NCBI GenBank assembly: GCA_951406725.2
Contig: OX597822.1
Location: forward strand, 114,762,001-114,826,000
Reading direction: 5' to 3'
Length of the DNA stretch: 64,000 bases
Source: Octopus vulgaris
Lineage: Eukaryota
A program made the translations under genes and the position numbers. The notes below the pieces were generated by a model, which worked only from the letters and a program-made list of their open reading frames with translations, did not search any database and was not told where the DNA came from. Within the stretch, counting starts at the first letter, position 1. Each line of letters begins with the position of its first letter. Below, one piece after another: positions 25,992 to 44,104 of the stretch.

Positions 25992-26300
25992 ATGGCACTC
26001 CGTCGGTTACGACGACGAGAGTTCCGGTTGATCCGATCAACGGAACAGCCTGCTCGTAAAATTAACGTGCAAGTGGCTGAATATTCCTCAAACATGCATA
26101 CTCTTAACGTAGTTCTCCGGAAGATTCAGTGTGACACAGTGTGTAACAAGGCTGAGCCTTTGAAATACAGGTACTACTTATTTTTGCCTGCCAAGAGGGC
26201 TGGAGCAACGGGAAATAAAGTGTCTTGCTCAAAGACACAACGCGTCACTAGGAATTGAACTCATGACCTTACGATTGTGAGCCGAATACACTAACCCATG
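25992..26300 (-). mobile_element. tRNA-derived SINE family C
   Basis: aaataaagtgtcttgctcaa.gacacaac..gaattgaactcatgacctt.cgattgtgagccgaatac.ctaacc, shared with 29288-29420 and 40358-40622. Confidence 0.8.
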
Positions 26301-26344
26301 TGCTCTCCACAGACACACACACACGCACACGCATAACAATGCGC

Positions 26345-29264
<2,920 letters not shown>

Positions 29265-29287
29265 GTGTATGTATATATATACATATA

Positions 29288-29630
29288 AGGCGCATGACTC
29301 AGTGTTAAGAGTGTCGGGTTCACAGTCATGAGGTAGTGAGTCCGATTCTCGGACCGGGTTCTGTGTTGTGTTCTTGAGCAAGGTACTTTATTTCATGTTA
29401 CTTCAGTTCACTCAGCTGTAGAAATGAGTTGCGACGTCCCTGGTGCCAAGCTGTATCGGCTTTTGCCTTTGAATTTCTTTTGGATAACATCAATGGCTCG
29501 GAGAATGGAGGCTGGAATAAATGGGCGGCCGCTGGGTTTCCATAAACAAACTTGCCTGGAACTGCACCTCGAAGTAAACTTTCTAGCTGTAATTCCATGG
29601 TCATTCATGACCGATGGGTGCCCTTATCCC
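29288..29630 (+). mobile_element. SINE family C-related copy
   Basis: ggcgcatgactcagtgttaagagtgtcgg A-box-like head, gagtccgattc B-box-like, gtgttgtgttcttgagcaagg.actttatttca. Confidence 0.75.
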
Positions 29631-30120
29631 TCATATATACACATACAGACACGCACACACACACACACATATATATATGAAAACACACAGACACAGACAG
29701 ACACACACACACATACATACACACACAGACATATATATAAGCATCAGATATGACTGTAAAACGGGTTCATTATGCGATTGAAACCAGTGTAGTCCCACTG
29801 TTAATGAATGACCTTGAGAAAAGCAGGTATGAATCATAATACCTTCTTTTATGACAGTATTTGCCAATTTTCAAATCTTGCGTATTTCAAATCTTGCTGT
29901 GGACGACTTTAAATGTCATCTTTCCGGGATCACCTTCGAGTTTCCTTCTTCCTGGATCGATGAAATAAGTAGCAGTTAAATATCATCGAGTGCTTGGACA
30001 GTCGATAAATCATCCGTTGGCTTCTGTTAGGAATCAATAAAACAGTGTTAGGCTGTAACAATGATTTTCGATGTTTCTGAAGTAAAAGTCGCTAATGATT
30101 ATATGATAACATTATTGCTT

Positions 30121-30157
<37 letters not shown>

Positions 30158-30325
30158 TGTTATTGATGGCGATGTTTAATCCCAGAGCAGCTTTCGTCGA
30201 GTACATTGTCGACAGAATGTGGAGGCGCGAACTATCTTCCGAGTCATATCACAACGTCTCAGCTCAACCGATGATCATACTTCACATTCTTTGCTCTCTC
30301 TCCTTCACTTTCTCTGTCTCTGATC

Positions 30326-30368
<43 letters not shown>

Positions 30369-30672
30369 CCCTTTCTCTCTCTCTCTCTCTCTCGCTCTCC
30401 CTCTCTCTACTGTCAGTCTATTCTGCACACCTGCAGATTTCTGTTGCAGTCACACAGCAATTGAGAAACAGACTCGGTCAGATTCAGTCAGAGCAAGAAA
30501 GTTGCGAAAACTCTACATTTATAGATGATACTACGGAACCCAGCGCAATGTTTAGGGGTAGTTATATTACAGTAATTGCAGCTATTTCTGTGCGTATATG
30601 ATTCTTTACATTTCTCGAAGTTGCATGCTTATAGGATACTGTTGTGGTTGTACCTTGAGGATGTTGTATGTA

Positions 30673-31505
30673 CGAGGTCTGATCAATAAGTACCCGGACC
30701 GTTGCCAGAGTGAAGCCGCTTGGTACAGATTGACCTCGCCCTCAGCTCTGCATGCACACTAAGTTTTAACATTCTAGCTCATTTCCGCTGTATACAGCAA
30801 TGCTTCGAAGGACAGTGTGTAGCGTTTGATCGCCACATTGACCATGACAGAGAAAGTTTTCATGGCAATATCCACCAAGAGGCCTGCGCAAAGTCGCAGA
30901 AAGTGTATGGAGAGGAGTGTAGGAGCGGCACACAAATTTACGAGTGATTCAGACGTTTCCAAGATGGCCGAAAAAATGTCGATATTGACTAACGTTCTGG
31001 GAGATCCGCAACCAGTAGAAATGAGAAAACATCGCAGCTCTGTGGGACAATCGTCGAATCACCATCCGGATGTGCTGATTAGTTACGGTTCAGTTCAGTC
31101 TATTAGCACAGGCGATTTAGGTATGAGACTCATGTCTGCCAAGTTTGTTGCCAGAACTGTTTTCAGCTGACCCAAAAGACATCCGGGCTTCAGTTGCACA
31201 AGATGTACTTGATTGTGTTGAGAACGATGAAAACTTTTTGAAAACTTTGTATAGGCCTCTGAGCTTTTGGAAAAATTTGATGTAGATTCTCTGCTGAATT
31301 TTCTCTGTCATTGACAATGCGACGATCACACGCTACACACCTTCCTTCCAAGCACTGCTGTAAACAACAGAAGTAAGCTAGAATGTCAAAACTTAGTGCG
31401 CATGCGCTGTAGAGTTCAAGGTTAACTTGTGTCCAGCGGCTTTACTCTGTGTGCTTCAGCTTTGTTACTACAGTAACAATCCAGAAACTTATTGATCTGA
31501 CCACG
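30673..31505 (+). mobile_element. Non-autonomous mariner derivative with extended inverted ends
   Basis: TA-cgaggtctgatcaataagt ... acttattgatctgaccacg-TA. Transposase remnants EWFRRFQDG-like, ISYGSVQSISTGDLGMRLMSAKFV (+) and MTEKIQQRIYIKFFQKL (-). Confidence 0.85.
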
Positions 31506-31599
31506 TATCATTCATGTTGAAACAAAGACTGTGTTTCAAGCGCACTGCGACATCCAAGCTGTGCGTCTCGAACATTTATCTTCTCTTTCATTCCTTTAT

Positions 31600-31757
31600 A
31601 CCTTTATGTGTTCCAGTCCAAAGTCTGTGGCCATGTTGGGAGCACCGATGTGACTTTATATGTCCAGTTCAAAGTCTGTGATCATATTGGGGCACCGTGG
31701 TGACTTTATGCCTTTATGTGTTCCAGCTCAAAGTCTGTGTCCATGCTGGAGCACTGT
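31600..31757. repeat. Three ~55-bp tandem units resembling the SINE A 3' end
   Basis: ccag..caaagtctgtg..cat.ttgg.gcac three times. Confidence 0.7.
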
Positions 31758-32107
31758 TCGTAGCTGAGTGTCGTTGTGTAAGGGGTCTGTCAGTGTGGTC
31801 CATTAAAAAGGGCATTGATCTACTGAAGGTTACAGTAAAAGAGACAACAGCAAGACTTGCCTAATTATCGAGCGGTGGAATCAAACCCAGTAACCAAGTG
31901 CACGCCTCAACCTCATAGCCAAGTATGTTTATCGACAGTTTAGCACGACCATCGAACACTTGTCAAACTCTAACGGAAATCACTCAGCAAACATTCGAAC
32001 TTGGTATCCTGTCTGTGTAATAACTTCCTTGCAGCCATCTTGAATATCCTGCCGTATGTCACTCATGATGATCTTTCTTCAGCTAAGCCATTAAAGTATA
32101 CTCGTCT

Positions 32108-32468
32108 ATTATTTTATTCTTTTATTTGTTTCAGTCATTGGACTGCAGCCTTGCAGGGGCAACGCCTTCAAGTGTTTAGTTGAACATACGGACTTATTTT
32201 AAAGTCTGATGCTTATAGTATGGTTCTTTATTTTTGCCACACTACTAAGTTACGAAGGTCATAAACAAACCTACACTGGTTGTCAAGGGATAGGCGACAA
32301 GCACAAAGTTACATGTACAGAAACATACATACTCACACACACGCGTGCACACGCTTGTACATGACGAACTTCCATACAGTTTCCATCAATCTAATTCACT
32401 CAAAAATGCATTAATCGACCCGGCGCTGTACAAGAAGATACTTGCCTAAGGTGTCATGCAGTGGGACT
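32108..32468 (-). mobile_element. SINE family A, diverged
   Basis: tttatttgtttcagtcattggactgc...gaagatacttgcctaaggtgtcatgcagtgggact. Confidence 0.75.
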
Positions 32469-33901
32469 TCTTCATCATACAATCAACATTTATTTATTCA
32501 TTTACTTTCCAGCTGTTGTATATTTTTTTCAGCTATGCATTTCAAATACATTCATTAGAAAGAAACATAACAACAATACTTTTTGGTTCAATTGTTGCGA
32601 TTGCTTTTGTTATCTTTGTTGTTGTTTTCTTATTAAGTCATGCGCTTTTTACCTTTTTTTTTGTTTTCGTGGAGTATTTTCTTAAAGAAGGTTCTTTCTG
32701 GAATATTTTGCGTTTTAAGTATTCGTTCCAAGATTTTGGTTCGAAGATAACTTCCTACTTTACCACTACCAGTAACGGAAGCCCTGTAAAGAGACTCGCC
32801 TGAGCGATGCCTTTTCTGTGATTACTTCAGGATCATCGAACCAGTTACCTACACTACGATACACATCCGTAATCACTATTGCCTTTTTTTTGTAATACTC
32901 TCAGCAAAGCAACAAGGAACTCTTTCCAAGAATTTAATGTTTATATTTGTACGTCCAAGTTTTGCAAAAGACTTAGTGAACTCATCGTTTCTGGAAAATC
33001 GATGCTCTGTAAATGTAGGGAAAGTAAACGAGTTATTCGCTCTGCACATGTAAAGATCTAAGACTAAAGTCTCACAGGTATGACTTGGGTAGTATTATGG
33101 GTTTGTCGTGTCTGCATATAAAAACAGGCAAGTGGGACGTTTGTGTTTTCAGTTCGGTTTGGGTTTTCTTAATTCAGTCAGCAAATTCCAGACAGTGAAT
33201 AACGAAAGTTTCAGTTGGTCCCAATTCATACGTAGCAACATGAGTTGAATTCAGCAACTTAGTGAATAACCAAAAGCTGGTTCATGCTTATAGTGAATCC
33301 GCCATGTTTCGTACAAGATAAGAAACCATTTACGAGGCAGTAAACATTCATCATTACTTTGTAGAAGGAAAAGAAAGAAAGAAGGAAAAAAGATAGGAAG
33401 GAAGAAAAGAAAGCGGGAGGGGGGAAAATGGAAGAGATGCAACAGAAACAAAAGTAAAGGAAATAACGAAGTACTTTAATCATATTACATAAAAATAAAT
33501 ACCTTCGTTGGTAGCCATAATCTTCCTACAATTTTTTTGCTTTAAAGAATTTCAAATAACTGAATGCATAAAATATAGGGTTTCAAACTTAACAGATACA
33601 AGTTCGTATCTCATTTTTTCCTATTACTTCTTCCAAGTCAATAGGTTTCTTTCTGTACTTTTTCTCCATCATTCGCGAAATATTGTCACTATTACACACA
33701 GCAAAATGGAGGGTGATGGCTCGGTGATAAACGCACAAAGAAGCGAGGAATTGACTAGATATTTTGTGGTATTGTGTATATCTAAATTGGTTTACTGCAG
33801 AACAGAATGACCGTGAATTTCATTTTGTTTCAGATGAGGACATTTAATACCCCACAATTATATAGCAGGAAATGCTCTAGTATTCGTTGTTGTATTCTTT
33901 G

Positions 33902-33948
<47 letters not shown>

Positions 33949-34102
33949 TAATAAAAAAGATACAAGTGTGTGTATGTGTGTGTGTACACACACAGAGGCA
34001 AACATGTATATACATACAAATATAAGCATATATGCATGTATATATATGTTTGCATATATGCAAGTGTACACAAATACACATATAAATAGGTTCATATTTT
34101 TC

Positions 34103-34154
<52 letters not shown>

Positions 34155-34249
34155 TACATATATGCACATATACATGCATGCACATATATATATGTATATG
34201 TCTATATATCTATCTAGCTATCTATCTATCTATCTATCTAGCTAGCTAG

Positions 34250-34298
<49 letters not shown>

Positions 34299-34389
34299 CA
34301 TTTAATTTACCTATTTATTTCTCGGAACTTTAGCTATCTTTTTATACATACACTTATGTATGTGTGTGTATGCGTGCGTAAATAAATGC

Positions 34390-34422
<33 letters not shown>

Positions 34423-34796
34423 CATACATATATCTTATTCATGTGTAAGCGTGTTTTTATGTTATAGATATATCCATCCATCCATCCAGCCGTCTCCCTT
34501 CCCATTCGTCTCCCTATCCATCGAGCTATCAAAACATTTTCTAACCGAATGCAGGTGGATAGAAGTGAACCTGTAGCAGCGAACAGTCTGACTTGAGCAA
34601 GCCATGTGCATATGGCATGTTGCTAGTTTGACTTATTACTCCCTGGCTAATCAAATTATCTTTGGACCGCTGTGAAAGTAATTTTCTGCATGCCGATCTT
34701 TTAGTTTCGCTTCACTGCATCTTATAGCCGCCTCTTCTCTGCAAAGAACTTGCAGATTTTTCAGCAAACAACCCATGACTCTAGCACTACAAGCTC

Positions 34797-34844
<48 letters not shown>

Positions 34845-34979
34845 TACCTTGTTTACTTTTTCGCTTTCTCTCTCTTTGTCTTTCTCTCTCTTTCTTTGTA
34901 TTCTCTCTATGTGTATATTCTTCTAATGTATATATGCGCATGCATATCAATGTATATCTATGTTTGTAAGTATATACGA

Positions 34980-35016
<37 letters not shown>

Positions 35017-35046
35017 TGTACGTATGTATGTATGTATGCATGTATG

Positions 35047-35086
<40 letters not shown>

Positions 35087-35366
35087 TTTTCTTTTGCATT
35101 CCTCTCTTTCTCTCGCTCTCTTTCACACACTCTCTCTCTGTGTATGCATACACACACAAACAAACACATACACACACACACACACATATGTATATATAAT
35201 CTATCTAACGAAGCATGTGTAGTGTGGTATATGCGTGTTTGCATGATCTATTTCTCAACCTATCTATAAAGCCCCCCCTCTCTCTCCCCCTTTCTCCCTC
35301 TCTCTCACCATCTCTCATTCCCCACTTCCCCCCTTTCTCACCGTCTCTCTCCCTCCTCCACCTCCG

Positions 35367-35792
<426 letters not shown>

Positions 35793-36225
35793 AGTCCTCT
35801 TCCTAGCTCTCCTTCATACTTCCTCATGCTCTCTCACCACACAATATACTTCGAGCCATCGCAAGATTTCTCATTCTCGCCTTCTGTCCGCCATTTCAGT
35901 GAATGAAACATATATACAGTAATGCTCGTACAGCCACATTCACATACGTATATGCATCTGTACGTATGTAAACAAACACATAGATATGCATGTGGAAGCA
36001 TACACACATATGTCTAATACAAACAACGAACGTGCACATAGATGTACAAACCAGACACTTATGTGATTGTATATGCATGTATTTATATTCATGTACGTGT
36101 ACACACGAACAAATGAGTTTAACTTCGTATGGGAATATATGCATGCGTCTGTGTATGTACATAATCATGTTACACACAAACACACACACATACGTGCGCA
36201 CGCACATAAGTACACGTACATGTGA

Positions 36226-36269
<44 letters not shown>

Positions 36270-36297
36270 GTGTGTATGTGTTTGTGTGTATGTATGC

Positions 36298-36329
<32 letters not shown>

Positions 36330-36557
36330 CTATATATATAAACAGAGGGAGAAATAAGGAGAAAGAGAGGGACATAAAGATATATAGACAGACATATATA
36401 TAATATACGTTTATACCTATATATAAAAGCATATATATATATATATATGTATATATGTATATATATATATATATGCATGTATATATGTATATATATATGT
36501 CTATATATGTATATACATGTCTATGTATATATGTATATACATACATATATATATATA

Positions 36558-36601
<44 letters not shown>

Positions 36602-36654
36602 TAAATATATATATATATATGCATACATACATATGTATATATTTGTATGTGTTG

Positions 36655-36687
<33 letters not shown>

Positions 36688-37313
36688 TGTATGTATGTAT
36701 GTATGTATGTATGCATGTATGTATGCATATATGTACGTATGTATGTATGCATGTATATATTATGTATATACCCATGCACAAATGTTTATCTACACAGACT
36801 CATGCTGATATACACAATGTGCATGTGTGTGCTTCTTTTAACTGTTATGTAGAGGCTGATATAAGTATTTTTAAAATGGAGCTTTCCAGCCATCATACAA
36901 CTAACAGGCTGTAAAGAATATTATGATTACTTTAAAACTTGCGCATGACAAAGGCTAACATACACCATTCATCATCCGTCAACCGAAAATATTTTTCAGA
37001 TTCTTTCCAATATAGAAAGTACATCCACCTGTAACGAACGAGTGAAGAAATGCCAGAAATTGCTAGAGAGGGGGAGGGATCGGGATCGGGGGGAGAGAGG
37101 GAGGGAGAGAGAGAGTGAGGCCGAGAGAGACAGAGAGAGAGATAAATAGAGAGAAAGAGGCTTACCTAGTGTCGTAGAATAAAGCAACATATAGGGGCAT
37201 CAGTGTAAGCTAAAGAAATAAACTTTTGTTGGATGGAGTCCACAATGTGGTTTCAATGCTGACTTTACTCGCACGCCTGCTCACATAATACTTATGTATA
37301 TATTTTTTTATCG

Positions 37314-37481
37314 AGGCGTGGCTGCGTGGTAAGGAGCTTGCTTCCCAACTATATGTTCCGGGTTCAGTTCCAGTGGGTGGTGGCATTTTGGGCACGTGTC
37401 TCCTGCTATAACTTCGCGATGACCAAAACCTTGTGAGTGGATTTCCTATTTGATTGACGGAAACTGAAAGAAGCGCTTCGT

Positions 37482-37549
<68 letters not shown>

Positions 37550-37765
37550 CTTTATGTCTGTTTTACCTCTTCCCATCACTTGGCAACGTGTTTACGTCCC
37601 CATAATTTAGCAGTTCGGTCAACGAGACCGATAGATTAAGTATTAAGCTTACAAACAATAAGTTCTGGGGTCAAATTCATCGATTATAATCACTTAAACT
37701 TGAAGCTCCAGCATGGCTGCAATCAAGTGTGTGGAAGAAGTAAAAGGATAAAAGAATAAAAGAAT
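37314..37765 (+). mobile_element. SINE family A, near full length
   Basis: ggcgtggctgcgtggtaaggagcttgcttcccaac...ggttcagttcca head through ...gtaaaaggataaaagaataaaagaa tail. Confidence 0.85.
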
Positions 37766-37919
37766 ACATTTATTTATGAATATATACGTCGGGTGTAGTG
37801 CTGTGCAAGGTTACTATTTCGAAGGAGATGATGTTAAAACTTGGGTAAATAAGTTATTTTATATTAAACATATTTAGTCCATATGTACTCCGGTAAATTT
37901 TTGATACCACTTCGTATGT

Positions 37920-38426
37920 GTATACATACATATATGCATACATACATATACGCATACATACATATACGCATACATACATATATACATACATACATACATA
38001 CATACATACATACATGCATACATACATACATACATACGTACGTACATACATACATACATACATACATACGTACATACATACATTCATACATACATTCATA
38101 CATACATACATACATACATACATACATACATACATACATACATACATACATACATACATACATACATACATACATACATACATACATACATACATTCATA
38201 CATACATACATACATACATTCATACATACATACATACATACATACATACATTCATACATACATACATACATACATACATACATACATACATACATACATA
38301 CATACATACATACATACATTCATACATACATACATACATACGTACATACATACATACATACGTACATACATACATACATACATACATACATACATACATA
38401 CATACATACATACATACATACATACA

Positions 38427-38455
<29 letters not shown>
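37920..38455. repeat. (TACA)n microsatellite
   Basis: Direct reading; preceded by a lone mariner-like TIR (tccggtaaatttttgataccacttcgta, ~37889-37916). Confidence 0.95.
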
Positions 38456-38458
<3 letters not shown>

Positions 38459-38631
38459 AAGATATATATATATATTAATTTTTCTTATATATACACCTGC
38501 TGATATATGACCTACGTTGGACTACTCATTCACATAACCACCGAACATGGAGCTTAACTAGTCTGTCCATAGCACTTACTCAGTATTATCTAACACCTTT
38601 GGGTCTTCTTGACACCATTACCTCTCATAAC

Positions 38632-38662
<31 letters not shown>

Positions 38663-39219
38663 CGTGTGTGTGTGTATGTATATATACATATACTCACGCA
38701 CATACGCACACGCACGCACACACACACACATATATACACACATATCGAGAGAGAGAGAGTGAGAGAGAGAGAAAGAGAGAGAGAAAGAGAGAGTGAAAGA
38801 GAGAAGGAAAGAGAGAGAGAGTTTCCATACACCTTCTTGTGTTTTACCTAGATGCATCAACAGTGATGTTTTCTGGGCCCATTCGGTGTTTCGGGTCTTT
38901 CAGTTTCAGCCACTCTCAACAAAGCGACTCACCCAACGTTGATCAAGCGCCTGCTTGTATCCAGTTAGCACTACCCAGGTTAGCACCAACCCTTCCAGAG
39001 CTCGCGCATCCTAATTTACAACCAATGTAAGGCAAACTCAAATGTCTCCGGTATCAATCTGATAATTGCTCTCTGCCCAATTTCCTTTGTGATGCCAAGC
39101 ATATTAGTAATAAGCTCGGCTCAGTGTATGCCCCCAAATTCTCTGTATCCCACATGATAAGATCATACCTTGCTTGCCATCTATTGCTTTGACATACCAC
39201 CACCAGCTCAATATTTTCT

Positions 39220-39341
<122 letters not shown>

Positions 39342-39689
39342 TTTTGTTTTGGTAAAATTATCTCTATATATTTTTGTGATGAAACATTTATATAGTCGAC
39401 CGATTTCGCTTATGCTAATTAATACTTAGTAGTCAGTGATAGTGTTAGGGATTAGAATTTCATACTGTCATAGATTTTAATTCCTTGCTTGTAGCAGAAC
39501 TGATATTATGTAAATGAATCACGAGGTCAATAAATTTTCGTAGACGTAAGTATTTATCGCACTTATTATAAGCAGGGGAGATAATTAATTACCCCCTTTT
39601 TTGTTTGGAAAGTAAATTGTTCATAGGTAGAGAGAAAGATATATATATATCTACGAACTAAAATATTTAAACAGTTCAAAATTGGTTAT

Positions 39690-40320
39690 ATGTGCATATT
39701 AAGACGCGGTTGATATCTTTTAATAAACATAATGTCTTCATTTGACTGTTGCAATACAGAAGTTGTTCCATTGTATTAAGCACGTAGGGATATTTTGAAT
39801 TTTGGTTGGAGATTCCCTCCACATCTCTCTGTATTCGCTTAGTTGTATTTGTCTATATCTTGGGAAACGGATTTGTTCTCTATGCTGTAATGTTCTCCGT
39901 CTGGGAGACATTTTTGTTTGCCCTATAAATTGGTGCACATATCCTGAACAAGATGTAGAGTAAATTTTCGGATGCATGGGTAAAATCAGACTTAATTTTG
40001 AATCTTAATCCTATTTAAGATGGAGTTCTGAGCCTTCCAGTAGTTTCGACATGTTTCCCAGTTACGTAACCCACAGTTTTTCCATTCTTGGTTCCGTTCT
40101 TATTGCGTATGATTTTGCATTTGACAATATTACCTTTAGTGATTTTGACTGTTTTAATTTACTTTTAATAATTTTGTGCGTGAAAAAAACTGGGTTCATC
40201 TTAGGCTCCTTATTGAGTAAGGGTAAATATGCTTCATTGTTCCCGGGGTTATGGGGAGATATATAGAGTAGTATTTCAAAGTTTGGTTTGCTATTTCGTT
40301 TGTGTCTGGTATATCCCATC
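39690..40320 (-). pseudogene. Heavily decayed Penelope (Neptune-type) thumb and GIY-YIG fragment
   Basis: ILLYISPHNPGNNEAY, HKIIKSKLKQSKSLKVILSNAK and RRRTLQHREQIRFPRYRQIQLSE align with the 3550-4371 and 22521-23010 peptides. Confidence 0.75.
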
Positions 40321-40357
40321 ATCTATCAGTGAAGGTGGTTAAAGTCTCTCGATATGT

Positions 40358-40622
40358 ATACAATGACGAGGGTCCTATCTGATACGATCAACGGAACACC
40401 TTGCTTGTGGAATTAACGTGCAAGTACTTTTAACGTACTTCTCAGAGAGTGTGACAAGGCTGGTCCTTTGAAATACAGGTACCACTCATTTTTGCCAGCT
40501 GAGTGGACTGGAGCAACGTAAAATAAAATGCCTTGCTCAAGGACACAACGCGTCACCGATAAGTGAACTCATGACCTTTCGATTGTGAGCCGAATACCCT
40601 AACCACTAATCCACGCGCCTTC
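40358..40622 (-). mobile_element. SINE family C copy
   Basis: gatcaacggaaca...aattaacgtgcaagt...ccttgctcaaggacacaacgcg...gaataccctaaccact. Confidence 0.8.
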
Positions 40623-40910
40623 ACGCACAGGCTGTGAGAGCGGTAGAGAGAGAGAGGTAGAAAGAGAGAGAGATGAGAGAGAGAGAGAAAGAGAGAGAAG
40701 TAGTGTTTAATGCCACCTAAACACGGTCGTTCCCTTGGAACCGACAACACTGCTATTTTAACCGCGGGCGGACGTCCACTCCAGCTGATTGTGTTGTGCA
40801 CTCTGCGCTCGATATATATTGCAAGCAGGGTGAGACCTCCAAGCCGTATGGTTTCGACCTCTTTATGATCATCCTCGGTGATGGATAGTCGTCCACTCTC
40901 TCTTTATATT

Positions 40911-40945
<35 letters not shown>

Positions 40946-41356
40946 ATATATATATATATATATAAATATAATAAATAAAGTGTCACCACCTTTTCTGTAT
41001 GCAACACGTTTGTTTTTAAGCTAGCAGATACAGTAAGTCTTTAGGACTTGCTCTTACGCCACATATATTTTTACATATATTTGTTTTTTAGACTAATTCG
41101 TGCAAAAATCCATACACGCAATGCCATCATGTTCGTTGTTCTCTGTGACATGAACAACAAGGATGTGGCTTTTGGGTTCTGCTAGGGACCTATAATCCTT
41201 TGCACAGATATTGCAATGATGAGCGCCTCTTAAAGCAAGTGTTAAGAGAGCCTGCAACTCAGGCTGCTCTTTAACTTTATGTGTAAGCATGCACGCACAC
41301 ATACATACATGCATACATACATACACACACACATACATACATACATACATACATAC

Positions 41357-42913
41357 ACTAGCAAAATATCCAACAATGATTTAACTCTTTCCCCCATATC
41401 TGACACATAATGTTACAGGTATCTATGGATGGATGGAAAAATTTCTTACAATGCGACCTGTAACAGAACACGTGTCACTAAAGAATTTTACAGCCGAATA
41501 AAGAAAATTGAAACTAAGAGCTCTCCGCAGTACAACAGTGGCTTACAATGTTTGTAGTGCCAGTTCACATACCAACATTTGGACTGCTTGATTGGACGCT
41601 TGTGAAAACCCGAAAAATTCTAACAGGTACACATAATTTCCATATAAACAGTGACGTAGACCGTCTCTGCCTATAACGAAAACAAAGCGACAGAGGCTTA
41701 ACATCGATACAAAATGCCTTTGAATGTTGTATCATATCCCTTCGGCAACAACTTTTAATCACCAAATGTCAAAGTGCATCCTTTGACCAAATTTGCATAC
41801 ATGAGGCTGATAACATCATAAGACTTGGAAGGCAGCTCCCTGAGCGACATTCCTTGTCTGATAACCTAAAATACAGGCCCAAAGAAGTCACACGACTCTA
41901 CCGCAACGTACCATCAGATGAAAGGATGAGCGTATATGAGCAAAAGATTATGCATAGATATGTTAGAAGAAAGCTCCAAGATGATAGTAACATCGATCAT
42001 TAAAGCGGTCTACCTCCCACTTTGAAGGGTATGCGTTTGCAATCCGGGAATATGAAATATCAACCAAATAATTGTTGCACGAAAGGGATAGAGATGCGGG
42101 AAAAGCAGTAAAATGTGACAACCGATGCAAACTTTGTGTAGTTAACACCAAAGATATCAGCCACATCATAAGCAGTTGTCCGAAAATGTCATCATGGTAT
42201 TATCTACCAATGGAACATGATGTTGCAGCTAGAACACTTAATTATGAAATCCGTCGGAAGGATAACCCCGTAGAGAAAGAAATAAGAATCCACAGTATGG
42301 TAGAACCCATAACCACTCATAATAAAAAGGAGTATTGGTGGAATGTCCCAGTGAAGACCTCAATAAAATGTAAGCACGACAGACCTGATATAATGGTATT
42401 GGATAGGAAGAGAAAATGTGTGCAATTGTGGAAATTAGCTGAACACAAAGCTGAAGATCAATGAAAAAGAGAATACCTACGCTGAACTATTGAGAAATCT
42501 GCAGTTAATCTATCCAGATTACGAGTTCAGGTTTATACCTGTAATCGTTACAGTGTTTGATAAAATAGTGACTTTTTCTCTTTTTATTTATACCCGTAAT
42601 TGCTGGGGCTCTGGGATATGTAACAGACTGCCTAATTACCAATCTTGAGAAAGTAGGTTTCTCTAAACGAGAAAGGAGGAAGCTGATTCGAAAACTACAG
42701 ATCCAATCCATTATTGGAACTGTAAAAATCTGTAAAACTATATGCATGAGAATACATGCACAAAGCATACATACATACATAATACATACATACATACATA
42801 CATACATACGTACATACAAAAATACTCTGTGGTTGATGTTAAAATCACAATGAAGGAGCCTTGGATCTAAGTTAGATACCGGCAAAAAATCTTGAAATAA
42901 AATTGAACAATGA
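41357..42913 (+). mobile_element. R4/Dong-like retrotransposon, 3' half
   Basis: KCDNRCKLCVVNTKDISHIISSCPKMSSWYYLPMEHD (CCHC) and YWWNVPVKTSIKCKHDRPDIMVLDR (RLE). Same 3' UTR as the 16.3-kb copy; bounded by (TACA)n. Confidence 0.85.
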
Positions 42914-42939
42914 CATACATACATACATACATACATTAT

Positions 42940-44075
42940 TAGGATAATAACTAATGAACCTGAGGAGAGGTATGAAATAAGAGCTGATATAAATTTCTCC
43001 CCAAGAGCCATTGGTAAAATTTATTTATGAGAACAAAATATTAAGACCTGTTCACTAAGGATACAGTACATGGGTACTTGGCTCGAAAAACACAAACCAT
43101 GGAGAGAATTGATCATGTCAAATGTTTGGCACAGTGTATAGACAAATTTATGACATCCCACTTCGAAAGCTACCTTCACGCAATCAGGAGGTCAAGTACC
43201 CATAGCATAAAGGGCAGAAAATATTGACAGACAACAAATGTACACTGTGCAAGACCAAGACTGAAGACATCAACCACATTATTGCCAACCGCGAGAGAAT
43301 GTTTTCCAGAAATTATCTTCTCATGAGTCATGACTGGAGCAGGATAACGAAGAAGAAAAAAGCTACAGACGAAGTTGACTATATTGAGCCCGACGGGTCA
43401 AAATAATGTTGGTGGAACTTTAAAATTAAAACAACTACCAAGTTAAAACATAACAAGCCAGAAATTGTTGTGTGAGATCTCAAGGAAAAAAATATGTTTT
43501 GTTGTGGAAATCAGCTGTCTTCTGGACGCCTACGTGCTTAGGAAAATACAAGAGAAAGACAGCATTTATGGACTATTGATAAAGAATTTACAAATTCAGT
43601 ACCCAAGATACACGTTCAGCTCATACCTATTATTTTTAGGGCGGCATTTAAGGCGGCAAGTTGACAAAATAGTTAGTACACCGCACAAAATCCTGACATT
43701 CCGAGTTCAAATTTCGCCGAGGTCGACTTTGCCTTTCATCCTTTCGGGGTCGATGAATTAAGCACCAGTGCAATACTGGGGTCGATGTAATCGATTAAAC
43801 CGTTCCCCCAATTTTCAGGCCTTGTGCCTATAGTAGAAATATTTATTAGGGCAGCATGATACATACCAATTCGTTTAGATCAAAGTATGGCTGAACTTGA
43901 GTGCTGGGAGAGGAAATGCAGATCCTTTAGTCTATAACTGATCATGATATCTGGGACTATAAAAATCTGCAGGACCTTTTTAAGATTTAAAAGATAATGA
44001 TGAAAACAAGATGCTTTCCTTAACAACTTCACTACTAAGTAGGTGGCCGATCGAAATTATTCTAAATTAAACACA
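42940..44075 (+). mobile_element. Second R4/Dong-like subfamily 3' fragment, interrupted by SINE B
   Basis: TDNKCTLCKTKTEDINHII, KHNKPEIVV, KICFVVEISC. SINE B sits at 43649-43847. Confidence 0.75.
43649..43847 (+). mobile_element. SINE family B copy
   Basis: aaggcggcaagttgaca...gagttcaaatt.cgccgaggtcgactttgcctttcatcctttcggggtcgat. Confidence 0.85.
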
Positions 44076-44104
44076 GAAGGAAAGAAAGAAAGAATACATA
44101 CATA

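Noticed and set aside
26300-26404. N-terminal extension of the 916-aa ORF
   Set aside because: Chance in-frame read-through from SINE and (TA)n sequence; the LINE starts at ~26405.
37314-37385. tRNA gene
   Set aside because: The A/B-box-like head continues into the SINE body and no complete cloverleaf forms.
40838-40885. Minus-strand hammerhead-like string CCGAGGA..gtc-GAAA-ccatacgg
   Set aside because: U16.1 is missing and the stems are misregistered; at best a decayed remnant.
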